DNA from: Tubulanus polymorphus
Taxonomy: Eukaryota > Animalia > Nemertea
NCBI RefSeq assembly: GCF_964204645.1
Contig: NC_134028.1
Span: forward strand, 15,879,653-15,943,652
DNA length: 64,000 nucleotides
Direction: 5' to 3'
Under the pieces are notes generated by a model. It was not told where the DNA came from and made no database searches. It was given only the letters and a program-made list of their open reading frames with translations. Position 1 is the first letter of the stretch; each line of letters begins with the position of its first letter. Position numbers and translations under genes: made by a program. Below, one piece after another: positions 50,416 to 63,200 of the stretch.

Positions 50416-52489
50416 CCAAGTTTGGTCTCTGGTGAAATTAACTACATTACCAAGTTAGTAATGATAGACTGGGACATTTTTACCGTATACCCCTGGGGCC
50501 AGTAGCTCAAAATTTGTGGGAAAGATAAATGGTGGAAACATTCATTTGGCACCATGTCAACTATTCATTGGTTAACTCTAACCAACTTTTATGCTACTGG
50601 CCGGGCTAATAGATATTTCGAGCCATGGTGGTAATTCTTGTTTGACTTAAGTACACACTGCATTTCTTTAACTTCAGCTGTATATCCACTGTCATATAAA
50701 GTGGATTTAATTTAGAGTTGTAGAAGGTAATTTACTCCTTATTTAAAATTTGTATGATCAGTGCTGCTATTTACGTGGTACTAGCGGAACATGATTTTTA
50801 ATTTGTCATTACTGATGTGACTTTTTAAGTGAAATCATTTTCATTAAGTGAAATAAATGTAAACGCATAATGAATGTTATTAGGCTTGATTTAATATAAT
50901 CCTTTGAAAGAACCTGTATGTCTTGATTGCTTGATTCATATGTTGTTTTCAATTGGAAATATTTATGTTGAAATTAGAAAATAGGAATATATATGATTGT
51001 GTGGTTTTCTTTTGAAATTTCAATAAAGAAATGTAGTTATTGGTTTGATAAATGAAATTAATTGTCTTATTTTATTCCTCTATTTTCGCTGTAAGGACCT
51101 AGCTGAGTACACATGTGACAGAATGCTCTTGGAGTCCATTTCCGTTCAATTCGGAAATCTATAAGGGCACTTTCAGTTCATTTACCAGTGAAGTATACTT
51201 TCCCTGTAACAAAGTGCCTTTTATGAAAAAAAAGACTCAATGAGTACACTTATTGAGTAAAATATTTTGTAAAGTGCACTTTCCTTGTGATGAAGTGCAC
51301 TAATTTTACAAAAGCACACTCAACGAGTACACTTATTGAGTGTACTATTTTCAAAAGTGCACTTTCCCTATCATAAAGTGCACTAATTTTGCAAAAGCAC
51401 ACTCAAAGAGTACACTTATTGAGTGCGCTATTTTCAAAAGTGCACTTTCCCTATCATAAAGTGCACTAATTTTACAAAAGTGCACTCAATGAGTACACTC
51501 GGAGTGTACTTTACCCATTAAAGTGCACTTAAAGTGCACTTTATTTTCGTAAGGGTACGGAAAGGATTGTGTTATATACTTGTATTTAGTAAATACCTTG
51601 TGCATTTGACAATGATCGGTATGTACTGTAGGAAATATAGAGTATTGATGGCATTGATATAGAGGCTGAAGCCCGCGGCCGAATAAAGTAATGTATCCTT
51701 TTATTTTGATACCTCGTCGACATAACAGCTTTTCTCCGCTATATCTCTTCGGCGTGTTTCGTTTAGGCCTACGACTCCCCTGTACACTTATGATTTAATA
51801 TTAGTAAATACACGGTTAATTTGATAAAGAAAAATAGGTATTGCTAAACTAACTGCTTGACGCCCGCAGCCAAATCACTGGTAGTAATAAATAAATTTGT
51901 ACTCGATTTGATTCTCATGATGAGGTGAAACTCGCAGCTGATCCCCGGTACGACGATGTAGTGACACCCGTCAATTCGTCGATGTTTACGGCTCGACAGT
52001 GCTTTTAAAATCTAAAGTAGTAAATTTCCTGTATATCGGTAATACGATTTGATGAGAAAATGGGCTATTGTTAAAATTAGTTTTTAAAAACCGCGACAGA
52101 ATGTGCAATCTTTGGGTAATAAATTTGTTAATTTATGCTTGAATTGATAATTGATGTGACAAGAAACGTGCGGTAGATTTCATGTAGATTTCGGAAAGAG
52201 GACTTAGAAAAACATGTCGGCTCTTTGAATGGGGCTCAATTTTCGATGTTTACGGCCCGACAGTGCTTTTGTAACGATGATTCTTCAAAATACGCACGGA
52301 GTATTTGTAGATCGAAGTGAGCTGAATGATATCAGACGGATTGTATCGACAACAGCGGCAAGGTGACAAAGCCTTTGTTCTTTTAGTAAAAATAGTGTGG
52401 AAGAAAATAATAATCACGCGGATATGAATAGGGTTTTCTGTGAAATAACAGAAAACCCTAATAAATGAAGACCTGTGCTTGAAAATATC

Positions 52490-52775
52490 TGCATCTGGTT
52501 TCGATAGTGCACACTAGCAGTAGAGGTGACTGTGAAACCACCCGCCTATAAACAGTGACTGTGATAGTAACTCCTACCTTAAAAGCTACTCACAAAACCC
52601 CTTTTTTTCTAAAAATTAACTTTTGATAAGTGACCATTTTGAGATCTCTTGCCAGATTCCCTGTTATGAATACACTGTAGCAACATATGCTTCAGATTTG
52701 CAGCGATACGTGACAATAAAAACATGCTATAGATCTCAAAATGGTCACTTATCAGAAGTTAATTTTTAGAAACAA
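52490..52775. repeat. Third fragment of the foldback TIR, with a local inverted duplication
   Basis: Matches the reverse complement of ~2900-3145; ~52605-52648 is mirrored at ~52731-52772. Confidence 0.75.
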
Positions 52776-54981
52776 TGTGTTTTGTGATTGAATCGCGATG
52801 GAATTGAGCGCAGAAACTCCAACCAATCAGAGACCGAATACATATAGTGCAAATTTTCAAAAAGTAGTCTCTAAGGCAAACCAAACCATCAGCACAGCAG
52901 ATGAATGGACCGAAGATCTAGAAACAAAATTGGTAGAATTACGATGTTAGCGACCCTCTTTATATGATGTTGCAAGCACATTGTATTCAAAACAGAATAA
53001 GACAGATAAAGATCTTACAGAAATAACTTTTCAACTAGAAACATATTTCCCACTAAATCAAAATAATTTGAATTTATTCTCGAAATGGTTATCATGTGAC
53101 ATTCTGAGCTGGTGCAGTTGCTAGTAATCGTAACCAACATAAGCAGGGAAGCAACTTGGCGGATCTCGTATCCTGCTTATCGGCCTAAATTGCTTGGAAT
53201 CGGAGCGCAGTGGACATAAGCTGGGCTGCGATCGTAGTTGCTCTCAGTTGCGTCGCTTCGCCTTTAAGGTTCAGTCTGTGAACAGCTTCAGAACATCAGT
53301 GTTGAAAATCATGGATGTAAAGCTTGTACCCCATGTACTGCATGGCAAATTTACTTGGCCTATGTCATGAGTTCTTGTGTTCTGTTCGATTGTGACAACA
53401 ACAGACTGTATCCAGTGGCCATGGTACTTATACTTACTGATGTTTTACCTTGATAGTATGGATTGAACACGCATTGCATCAACACAGTTATTTCCATTGA
53501 CTTTTCAAGTTCAAAGGCAATATGCCGATTACGTTTTCAGTTACGATTGGGGCGTCATCTCTACAAGCGAATGTGATTGAGTGTTTGTTGGATTTTTTAC
53601 GGGAAAATCCAATGTGGAAACAGATCAAAATGGCAAGCATTTCATTGAACTCAGGATTGTACGTTAGCTTATAATTTGTTGATTTCAATTATAATTCAAT
53701 GGAGTTCGGTTTTACTGTTTCTCTTGATTCGAACGATCTTGTACGATTTTGGATAGAATTATGAGCAGTGATAAAAGTAATTGACTAAATAGTAGAAATA
53801 ATGGGCAATGGAATGCGCTTAGCTTTTATGGTGCCCTTATGATGTCACTATTGTACTATGAGAATCCCTGCTGAAGCGATCAATAGAGAGCTGACGTGGC
53901 TATAGTTGTCACATGCATCCCGTTGTAAAACAACACAGATGAGGCTAAGAGATGTGTGCACCGCACGTATTTCAGACGCGGATTCAGACGGTAGCACCAT
54001 AGGCACGTGCTACAGTTGCGAAAATGTCTTCATTCCCGAAGTAGAAAAAGGTTTTGTCTTTATTACATTTTATTATTATTCCAAGATTCTGTCTTTATTA
54101 CCCGAAAAAGCAGATTTTTTCGAAATTTCAAAATGCCCTTTTTTGTTTCAAAAATGCCCTTTTTATGAGTTGATCTACCCTCGACAGTGATCCCTGGATC
54201 CGCCCCTGTATTTTGTTCAATACAAGGATGATAGAATATTGAAATTGCGAGTATTATATTAGCTTAATGGATCATAGATTATAATAAGGGGCTATTAATT
54301 GATGAAGTGATTAGATTTAGAACAAAAAGTTTTTTCAGCATTGTCAGTTGATAGTTTTGATTTGGTACACTATTCTACAGGGCATTATATTGTAATCCAA
54401 ATTAATTCATATGTAGAAAAATATTTTTTTTAAATATGCACTCAATGATTTCATGGTGAGCCACAGTGTCATTGAACCTTTATCTGTAGTTGGAACATTT
54501 TAGTTTACGCCTAATCCAAAACATTATCGCAAGTTTTATATTCATATCTACCCTCTGTCTCTTTAAAGTCCATAACTTTCTCCCTCTTTGAAATGTGATC
54601 ATGTTATTGCTGAACTGAAAAAAGGAGATATTAGACGCCAAAATAGTTTGCTTAATCATTACTGTCTAATCCATAATTATTAGGTGTTATTTTGGTTACT
54701 CTGATGATTGAGTTTAGCCCCATATTAGAAAATAAATGGTTTGATCATCAAATGTGGGTTTTGCTTATATTAGCAGTCATGTTGTCACTATTTCTGATGT
54801 CACTCTGGTTGCTATGGAATTTGAAATTTATGAGTGAGTTTTTAAGAATAATAAAAAAGTATCCTGTGGAAGGGAGGTGTAAACCACCGAAAATGTGATT
54901 GAAATCAATGAAACTTGTTAAATGAATGAACTTTTCTTGATTATTGTTGGCTAAAACTATTGAAAATGTCCTCCTTTGTAG

Positions 54982-55077
54982 ATCAGGGTTATTGGATATC
55001 ATATGCCTGAGTAATCCAGACGCAGAGAAATTATATGATGATAAGATATTGGAACAAAAGCGTTTCTACTCTCAAAG
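54982..55077 (+). CDS. EXOC7: Exo70 internal exon
   Basis: ttgtag|...|gtatgt, phase 2 to phase 2; (R)SGLLDIICLSNPDAEKLYDDKILEQKRFYSQ(S) follows HILKSMK in frame, as in Exo70 (SxLxxLV....AExxYxxxIxxQxxxYxxSW). Confidence 0.92.
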
Positions 55078-55799
55078 GTATGTTATGTTTTTTCATTAGG
55101 ATCTAGTCAGATCCAAGTCCATATCTGCAATTGCTGCTTTAGGGCCAGCCTAACAGATAAGCACTCAGAGGACTTCAGAGGGTTATTTCGACTGTACCTG
55201 ATCACATATTCATATGCATACTACCTGGAAACATAACCAATTCTTTGTTGTCTAATTTTGAATATGATTTTCAACAAAATCAGCCAATCCCTTAAAAACC
55301 TTGCCTATGCTGACTTCATTCTGAAAGAAGCTCTTCAAAAAGCTAATTTATAAATATGAACACTGTTGAAGTGGACTAATATTGATGATTTATATTGTTA
55401 GTTTTATTGAACATATCCCTCCAAGCATTGTTCCAACAATGCTACTGAGGTTTTTATCAGAAATTTGAGAACTCTGCGTTCCAAGTTTTACCATCTTTCT
55501 TTCTTTGAGGGCATACTGCATTCAGTTTGTTATCCAATTGTCTTTCCATCTGTCTGTCCAACTCTAAATATGTTGAAATATGTGGTGTGGTTAGCAACTG
55601 ACTCGATTTTAGCTCAAAGTCACAGTAAGCCATCTTGTATTTTTCAATGCTTAGCTCATGAAAAAGTTTGAGGAAAATTTATAGATATGAATTTATAAAA
55701 CTGTGATGGCGGTAAATTGGGAAATATTGTAATACATTTGTATAGGATTGTACTAGGCGATTACATTGGCGGTGGCGGTATGCGAGGGACAGTAGATCA

Positions 55800-55938
55800 G
55801 GGGCCAGTTGCACAGTCGTGACTTAAGTCCAAAAGTGGTCTTAAATCTTTAGACTGGTCTTAAGTTGTTAGTTTGGCTATAGAACTAATTTGTTCTTAGA
55901 CTGGTCTTAAGTCTTAGCCATGACTATGCAACTGGCCA
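55800..55938. mobile_element. Short Harbinger-like MITE
   Basis: GGCCAGTTGCACAGTCGTG ... CATGACTATGCAACTGGCC inverted ends. Confidence 0.65.
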
Positions 55939-56679
55939 AAGGGCTTTTCCTGTACATTTTAGATACCAATGTTCATTTCCGATGAAATGTAGGTGGTAGG
56001 TGAGGTTGGTGGTGAATCGGGGGCGTTAAGTCGATGTATGACTGTACATTTTTTTCAGCAGCACATATGGGTATTTACATATATCCGTGCTTACATACTT
56101 GCGCGTCATACACCACAACTATGTGGTGTATTGATCTATTCACTTTTGCTAAAGCGTGCCTCGCATGTGGCCTAATTAAACTTCCCAAGAAACTGCAAAT
56201 AATTCTAGCAACTGCAAATTCTAAATCTTTAAAATAATGAGTAGGCTTATAATGAAACCTTTATGAATCATGAATGTTTAGACTCTAGCAGTTGGCCTTA
56301 TGTGGTCGAAACAACTGTGGTGACATGGATGCAAAGCTTGTACCCATAGACTGCATAGTCAACTTAATTGGCCTATGTCATGGGTTTGTGGCAGTTTTGA
56401 CAAGGGCAGACTGTATCCAGTGGTGGGCATGGTAAGAAATATACTTACATTTAATTTTAATAGTATGGATTAAACCTGCACCATCACGTAAATTTAGGAA
56501 ATTCTATATTAGGAATTTTGTATCATGTTAACTAATGATAAGTTCTTAATAATTTCATGATGATCCCTCATCAAACGATCCAATTCATCAGCTCCTTCAG
56601 GCATAACTTCATGTCTGGAGTGAATCAGGTACACTAAATGTGAGAAAAAGTTGATTATCATCAGCATTAACCCTTAACT

Positions 56680-58080
56680 TGCCGCAAGTCTGTTCGCACG
56701 GAACAGAAGCGAACGAATTTACTGATATTGTTTCTTTTCGAATACATTTAAAAGACAATTTGTCTGCAAGCTCTCGCGTTATAAACGAGCGTTGCGATCC
56801 TGTATCGAACAGAACATTCGCGTCCACAGAAAACGAATCTGCATATGCGGAACTATGCACAGATGCTACCGCTGTTTCTTGAACCGACGAATTTACACGA
56901 GACGAGACGTAATGCTGACCTGCCGAATTATCGGGAACATTAGACTGCGCTGGCGCAAGCGACGGCGACAGAGAGTCAGGTTGCGATAACGGCGCAGGCG
57001 GTTGCGCTGACGATTCACTAGACGGATCCCGACCTCTATTTCCTGACGATGCATCTTTCGAATCGCATATACTATGTATGATGGTTGCTCTTACATGTTT
57101 TACACCGCGAATTCAATTTACAGTCTCTGTTGATGTCCCTGTCAAAGACAATTACGACAAAGCCGTTTTTGCATTATAACTTTCTTCCGAGCAGGAACTG
57201 AACTGAATTTTCTACAGCCTGTCGACGAATGATCTCCCTGACAAAATGCGCACTGATAAGACGATCTACTACTACTTTGACCCCCAGAACCGGTACCAGT
57301 AACTTTAAATGTAGCAATAGATGGCGATTCTTGCGACGCTAAACTGATACAACCACGCGACTCTAATACTCTAAGCTCTTGAGCCATGTACTCCAATAAC
57401 CAATCAAAGTCCCACTCTTCAATTAAATGTACGCGTAATGTTGTCAACAAATGTAGTAGGCAATTGTTCTAATATGCGCGGAACTAGGATTTCACCATAC
57501 AATTTCGTAACTTTACCAAGTGCGGATAAAGATCTGACGTAAGTTTGTATAACATCATAATAATGACGAACAGACACAACAGTATGGTCTGGTGATTTCA
57601 AGTTCAATAACGCTTTATGATATGCGTTTCCCAGCAAATACGGTTGACCAAAACGAGGTTTTAAAACACACACTGCACTCATATAGTTAGAACCAGAAAC
57701 CGTAAACCCGGAAATCGCTGAAGCTGCACTGCCCGATAGCTACACTACCAGATAATTAAATTTATTGGCCTCGCTGATTTGTGGGTTCGCATGCACTGCG
57801 GATTCAAAAGTCCCAGAACCCTTGCCACTTCAGAAAATCACCGTCAAATTTGGGCAAGACGAGTTTCATATGCATATGCACACGCGGCTTGACATGATTG
57901 TCACCAGTATTAGGAACTGAACCATCAGCCCTATAGTCTGTAAATGTATGAATTCGGGCAACAATTCTATCGATCTTACTGTCCCATTCATCGTACTCAA
58001 TAAATTCTGCTGTGGTTTTGGCTTCATCATCCCCGAGGGATTCTAGAAGTTCTCTCGTTGCTTATTTCGAACTAACAACA
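56680..58080 (-). pseudogene. BEL/Pao gag-protease fragment
   Basis: LVLPKFDGDF...FESAVH...NKFNYL (DUF1759-like), zinc knuckles CAFCQGDH..C and CRNCL..H, protease LFDTGSQRSFIT. Confidence 0.88.
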
Positions 58081-58249
58081 TTATTTAACATACGTTACCA
58101 CACCTCGAGGGACCAAACTTGAATATCTGAAAAATGAAATTGATTTTATGAATCGAATACACCAGAGACCTATCCCTGTTAAATAAGGTTTAGGAATATG
58201 ATGTTTAGGAGGGTTGAATAGCAATAGGCCTAAGCGCCTTCTGTCAGAC

Positions 58250-58560
58250 CTACGCGCATGTTGTTTGTCGCTGCTGATAGACTGAATTCCATACACAGCC
58301 TTAGACTTAAACCCCAACCTACAACCACCAGTACCAGGTAATTTCCGGCCAATGTTTGACGACATAGCCATTTTGCCATAGACAGGATCTGTTACCTTTT
58401 TTGCTTCCTTCTTAACGAATGAAATTAGGTGGCTTAACTTAATAACTGAACCAGTTTCTTTAACTTCATAAACAAGGTTGCACCACCTGGCTTGCAATAT
58501 ATAATATGTGGGTAGTTTCTGAACCAGCTTCTTCATGTTGTCCGGGTACTCCACCCACAT
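58250..58560 (-). pseudogene. Gag fragment of a different BEL/Pao family
   Basis: NMKKLVQKLP...RW...LISFVKKEAKKVTDPVYG. Confidence 0.7.
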
Positions 58561-59599
58561 CGGTGCAGAACGATTTTGGCAGTATACGGTGGTGTTTTAC
58601 TATGCATTAGAAATGTACATTCATGAGAAAACCTTGCAGTAGGTGGGGGTGGGGGTATATGGGAGGGCGGTATATCGGGGGGTGACTGTAATTATATTTA
58701 TAAAAACCATCAGCAAAGCATCCATGATAGGTCTTAAAACTGCGTAATTTCAAATTCAAATTTATTCTTAGTAAATTGTGCTCAAATCTCATTTAACTCC
58801 TCGAAGTCATACTCAAGATGTCGTCTCAGGGCTTCCATTTTCCAGTAAGTAAGCTAACACAAAACATCAACTGTTATGTGTTATCTACTTCACAAGAAAT
58901 AAAAGTGAACCAAACGTATTAAAATGAAATGTGTAAACAAGAAGATAATTTCAGAGTTATTATATGACTTTATGTTTTGCGACAGGTTATTTCACTTCCA
59001 TACTTTCGTTAAGTTACAGACCCCCTCCACCATACTCAGTGCATATGTATTAATTAAAATTTCCGTGGTGAAATGTTCCAATTTAAGTACCAGAATTTAA
59101 CTAAACGAATGATCGTTGAGTGGCGCCATCTGTATCATAGATTTCTGGACGAATTGCCCCCACTGTTCTCATATTTCATAGAAGAAAAATAGCAATAATC
59201 GAGCATATTTGTTCTTTAAAAAGTTAGGCTTTGTATGGTTGAGGCCAAAAGCTAGAGGCCAGGCCAAACAAATAGAAGGGCCAAACCGAAAGGGCCAGGC
59301 CATGTTTTGCACTCACCCAACAAAATAATCTTTTTCACTTGAACGTACAATAATATGAACCTGGGATTTCTTCTTATATCCATATTATGCCTTGTTTCTG
59401 ACCATGTACGGAACACAGCTTGTTTAGGTCGTTTTGGAAATTCACTGGTCCTGTACATTTTGGATTATTCTGTATATCATTTGATAGTGAAGAAAAGGTG
59501 ACTTAGTATACTACTTTGCGTTACTCTGGTTGGATCATATTTTCCAAGATGACGCAGTTCCGTTGATTTCAGCCTTTTTTCTTTCATAGAAAAATACTG

Positions 59600-59952
59600 G
59601 GCCATTTAAGCGCCCCATGACTATTAATGCCATTTCCTAACAGCGTGTTTAGTAATCGCTGATGTAGTACCTTATCAAATGCTTTTTCGAAATCTATGAA
59701 GACTAATTAAGGCTTAACAATCGATTTGCCAGAGTGAAAAAACCATCTGTGCCCATCATCCATGGTATCAAGTAAGCCTAATTGACTGTTTGTAGCCCTT
59801 CCTTATATAAAACCGTGTTGACCGTTGAACAGGATTCTAAATTCCCTTCATTGTCATAACATACTGGGGCTGCGTAGACACATTATCCAGAAAAGATCAA
59901 GAATACGACCAAGGCTATGCAGAAAACCCGTTATCACTGCTTTGCAGCTATA
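59600..59952 (-). mobile_element. Second copy of the element carrying a CR1 RT fragment
   Basis: Reverse complement reads TATAGCTGCAAAGCAGTGATAACGGGTTTTCTGC...QHGFI.GR...DFEKAFDKV.HQRLL. Confidence 0.6.
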
Positions 59953-59960
59953 CTTCAGAT

Positions 59961-60206
59961 TGTTATATGAATGACTTTTTTTTATTCCCAATGGTACACC
60001 GTATACTTGAAACCAATTTTTAACCTGTCAAGACGCTGTAAAAAGGGGGCAAAATCCTTCCCTCGAAAAACTAACACGTTTTCTCTATAAAGGACTGTAT
60101 TCTACTGACTATATAAATCTCCCGTGGTCACCCGTGAGAATGTCCGACCAATGCAGTAACGCATGACTGCGCCCATATATAAATAAATAAACATAAATAT
60201 CTGACA
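59961..60206 (-). repeat. Probable 3' LTR of the BEL/Pao element
   Basis: - strand PPT-like GGCCCCGGAGAA directly followed by TGTCAG at 60206; AATAAA near 59985; CA end at 59961 (left boundary tentative). Confidence 0.55.
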
Positions 60207-60261
60207 TTCTCCGGGGCCACAAAGAGTTACAAATAAATTTCAGAAATTCGGAATAAATCGA

Positions 60262-63200
60262 TTAATCGCGATCGTCTTCTTCTGATTCTTCATCATGGGC
60301 GATTCTTCTGATCTTGTCTCGTGCCTTCGTTGCGGCACCTCGTGGTAACCGAGATAGCAACACGTCCGCATCAGAATCGTCTACTTCAGCATCTCGTCCA
60401 GACTGTGGACGGGACACGTCACCCTCTGTAGCTTCTCGGACCTCCAAAGGATAAAGTTTCGATATGGAGCGATTGGTTGAACCATTCTTAGTACGTAGTG
60501 ACACGAAACGTACTAAACTGTCTCTACCATAATGCAGATCTGTAACGACACCCATCTGCCACTTTGACCTTGGCTCTTCATCCTCGATCAGCACAACATC
60601 TCCGCAACTTATGAATAGTTCATTCTTGCCGGCTTTCTGTTGATAGTATTCACGCAAAGACGTCAAGTACTCTCGCGCCCATCTATTCCAAAAGTGCTGA
60701 ATAATTACAGACAGATGTTTCAATCTCGATTCTGCGACACTAGGCTTCAGCTCAGTCTGGGTCCACTAATTCCCCCGGGGCCACATACGAATGCGCCAAT
60801 GAGGTGACACGCCTACCAACCATAAGCTGAGACGGAGTTAAAGGATTCTCATCCGACGGGTCTGATGACAAATAGGTTAACGGACGATCGTTCACGACGC
60901 TTTCTACTTCGGTTATGACGGTTCGAAACTCATCGATAGTTAAAAGCGCTCGACCAACGATTTTCTTCAAAACACTCTTCACGACTCCTACTAAGCGCTC
61001 CCAATAGCCTGCGACCCAGGGGGCACGTTTCGGTATGAAATTCCACGATACGCCGTGTTGACTAATAAACTCCTTAGCCTTAATGAACGTAGAAGCATTG
61101 TCCGACAATATTTTCTTCGGTAGTGATCTTCTCGCAACAAATCTTCTAAACGCGCGAATAAACGATGCAGTTGTTAGGTCTTCTGTCACCTCGAGATGTA
61201 CACCACGACTAACCGAACACGTAATAAGACAAATATATGCCTTTCCGATAGGAGACGGAGTTCTGACGTTAAACGGTCCAGCATAATCCAGTCCGGTATA
61301 AAAGAACGCTGGAACTCAAGCAACTCTATTTACTGATAGCGGCAGAGGATCCGGAAAACGGAACGGACGGCTGTTGAATCTACGACAAATGACACATTGA
61401 CAGAGGCGACTTTTAACCAGTTGATGGATGCACGGCAGTACATCTGATGTATGCACGATACAGTAGAATTTACTCCCAGGTGGAATACCTTCTCATGCAC
61501 ATCTTTTATAACGAGATTACTAAATGCATGTAACTTCGGCAGCAGACACGGATATTTCGTAGAAGAAGCAATATCAGCGTTATCGATTCTACCGCAAGAG
61601 CGTATGAGCCCTTCTACGTCCATATAAAGCTGCAATTGACGGATTATCGGAGTTTTGACTTTCACCTGACCACCTGACAATACGGTATGAACATCTGGAA
61701 ACTCAGAACGTTGCAAGTCTCTGATCCACGACAATCGCGCTGCTTCTAACTCGGTTTGATCCAAAGGTTCAATAAATCGACGCACCCAGGCGGTCGCGCA
61801 ACAACTTGCGGAGACTCGACATCCTAGTCGCATCCACTATTTCAGTCCACATCGGTACCCACTTCCATAGCAGAAATAAATGCTGAATATGGCGACCATG
61901 TCGGACGACTCCCAGAAACCAATCATTTTCATTTTGGTCCATGCCACCATAACGGATTACTATGTAGGTCATCGGTCGACTCACGCGATAATAAATCAGC
62001 TGGGTTTTCCTGCGTTGGACAGAAACCCCATTCAGCATCAGGAATCAAACTCCTGATCTCCTTAACCTTATTAGCTTCAAACGACTTCAATGGTTTCTCA
62101 GTAGAAATCCTGTACAGTACAGATTGGTTGTCTGACCACATGTACAATTTCAACGGTTGACCGATTTCCCGAATAACGTGACCCTATAACTGCAGCGATA
62201 AGTTCCAGTTGCGGTACTGTCAAAGGTTTGACGGGCGCAACGCGCGGCTTCGACATCAGGAAACTCGACTGCCCTGACTTAACAGGATACCCTACAGCAC
62301 CATACGACTTCTCGCTGGCGTCCGCGAAAACATGTAGCTCATAGCTAGATATTGAGTCTATTCCAGTGTCAAACAATTTCCTAGGATAGGATCGGTTCAG
62401 CATCGACGTAATATTATGAACCGCGGTTATCCATCTACATCTAATTTCGTCTGGTACAGGTTCATCCCAAGAATATCCTGATTTCCAAAGATCTTGCATC
62501 AGTAACTTCGGTGTCACTAAGACCGGCGAGATAAATCCTAATGGATCATAAACTTTCGCTGAATCGCTGTGTATCATACGTTTAGTTACGACATCCTGAT
62601 CTATAGATGTAAATTTGACCGAATTCTGCTCAATTTCATCTACGCTTGCATCCCATTTTATACCTAAGACTTTGACTTTTGACGATTTCTCATTGACGCA
62701 ATCAATTTCCGCCAAATGCTGAACGTCACGACTATTACTCGTCCACGAACGCAAGTTAAATCCACCTTTGCCTAACAGTTCGCGAGAATTCCTGTAGAAA
62801 TCAGTTAACTCTGCCTGACTGTTCATACTACTGATTACATTGTCCACATAAACGTTCCTCTTAATTACGTCACTCGTCACGCTCAGATTCATGTCCAGAT
62901 GCTTCAGTACGGTTGCGTTAAGTATAAACGGCGAACACGTAGCCCCAAATAAAACGACTCGAAACCTGTACGTCACCAACTCACTGTTCGGATCTCCTGC
63001 ATCTTTCAACCAGAGAAAGCGAGTAAAATTCTTATCTTCATCAGCCAATTCAATTTGAAGAAAAGCCTTCTCGATATCAGATACAGCAGCAAACTGTCCT
63101 AAACGAAAACGCTACAAAATACCCAAGACATCGTTATGAAGAGACGGTCCTGCTTCCAAGCAGTCATTCAAGCTTACGGATGAGTACATCTTACATGAAC

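Larger units (their letters stand above)
39466..51555. mobile_element. Full-length (inactivated) CMC/EnSpm (CACTA-superfamily) transposon, 12.1 kb
   Basis: TA|CCCTTATGAAAATAAAGTGTACTTTAAGTGCACTTT ... AAAGTGCACTTAAAGTGCACTTTATTTTCGTAAGGG|TA: ~35-bp TIR, 2-bp TA TSD, subterminal AAGTGCACTT arrays, internal EnSpm-type transposase. Confidence 0.93.

Noticed and set aside
56283-56320. Hammerhead-like GGCC...GGTCGAAAC
   Set aside because: The CUGANGA core is missing.
53310-56480. Direct repeats (~53310-53480, ~56325-56480) flanking the EXOC7 exon as possible LTRs
   Set aside because: Diverged, no TG...CA ends or TSD, and the interior is host exon; more likely two copies of a dispersed repeat.
58638-58690. 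G-quadruplex-like tract as a regulatory element
   Set aside because: Its reverse complement TACAGTCACCCCCCGATATA looks like a Tc1/pogo-type MITE end; no other support.
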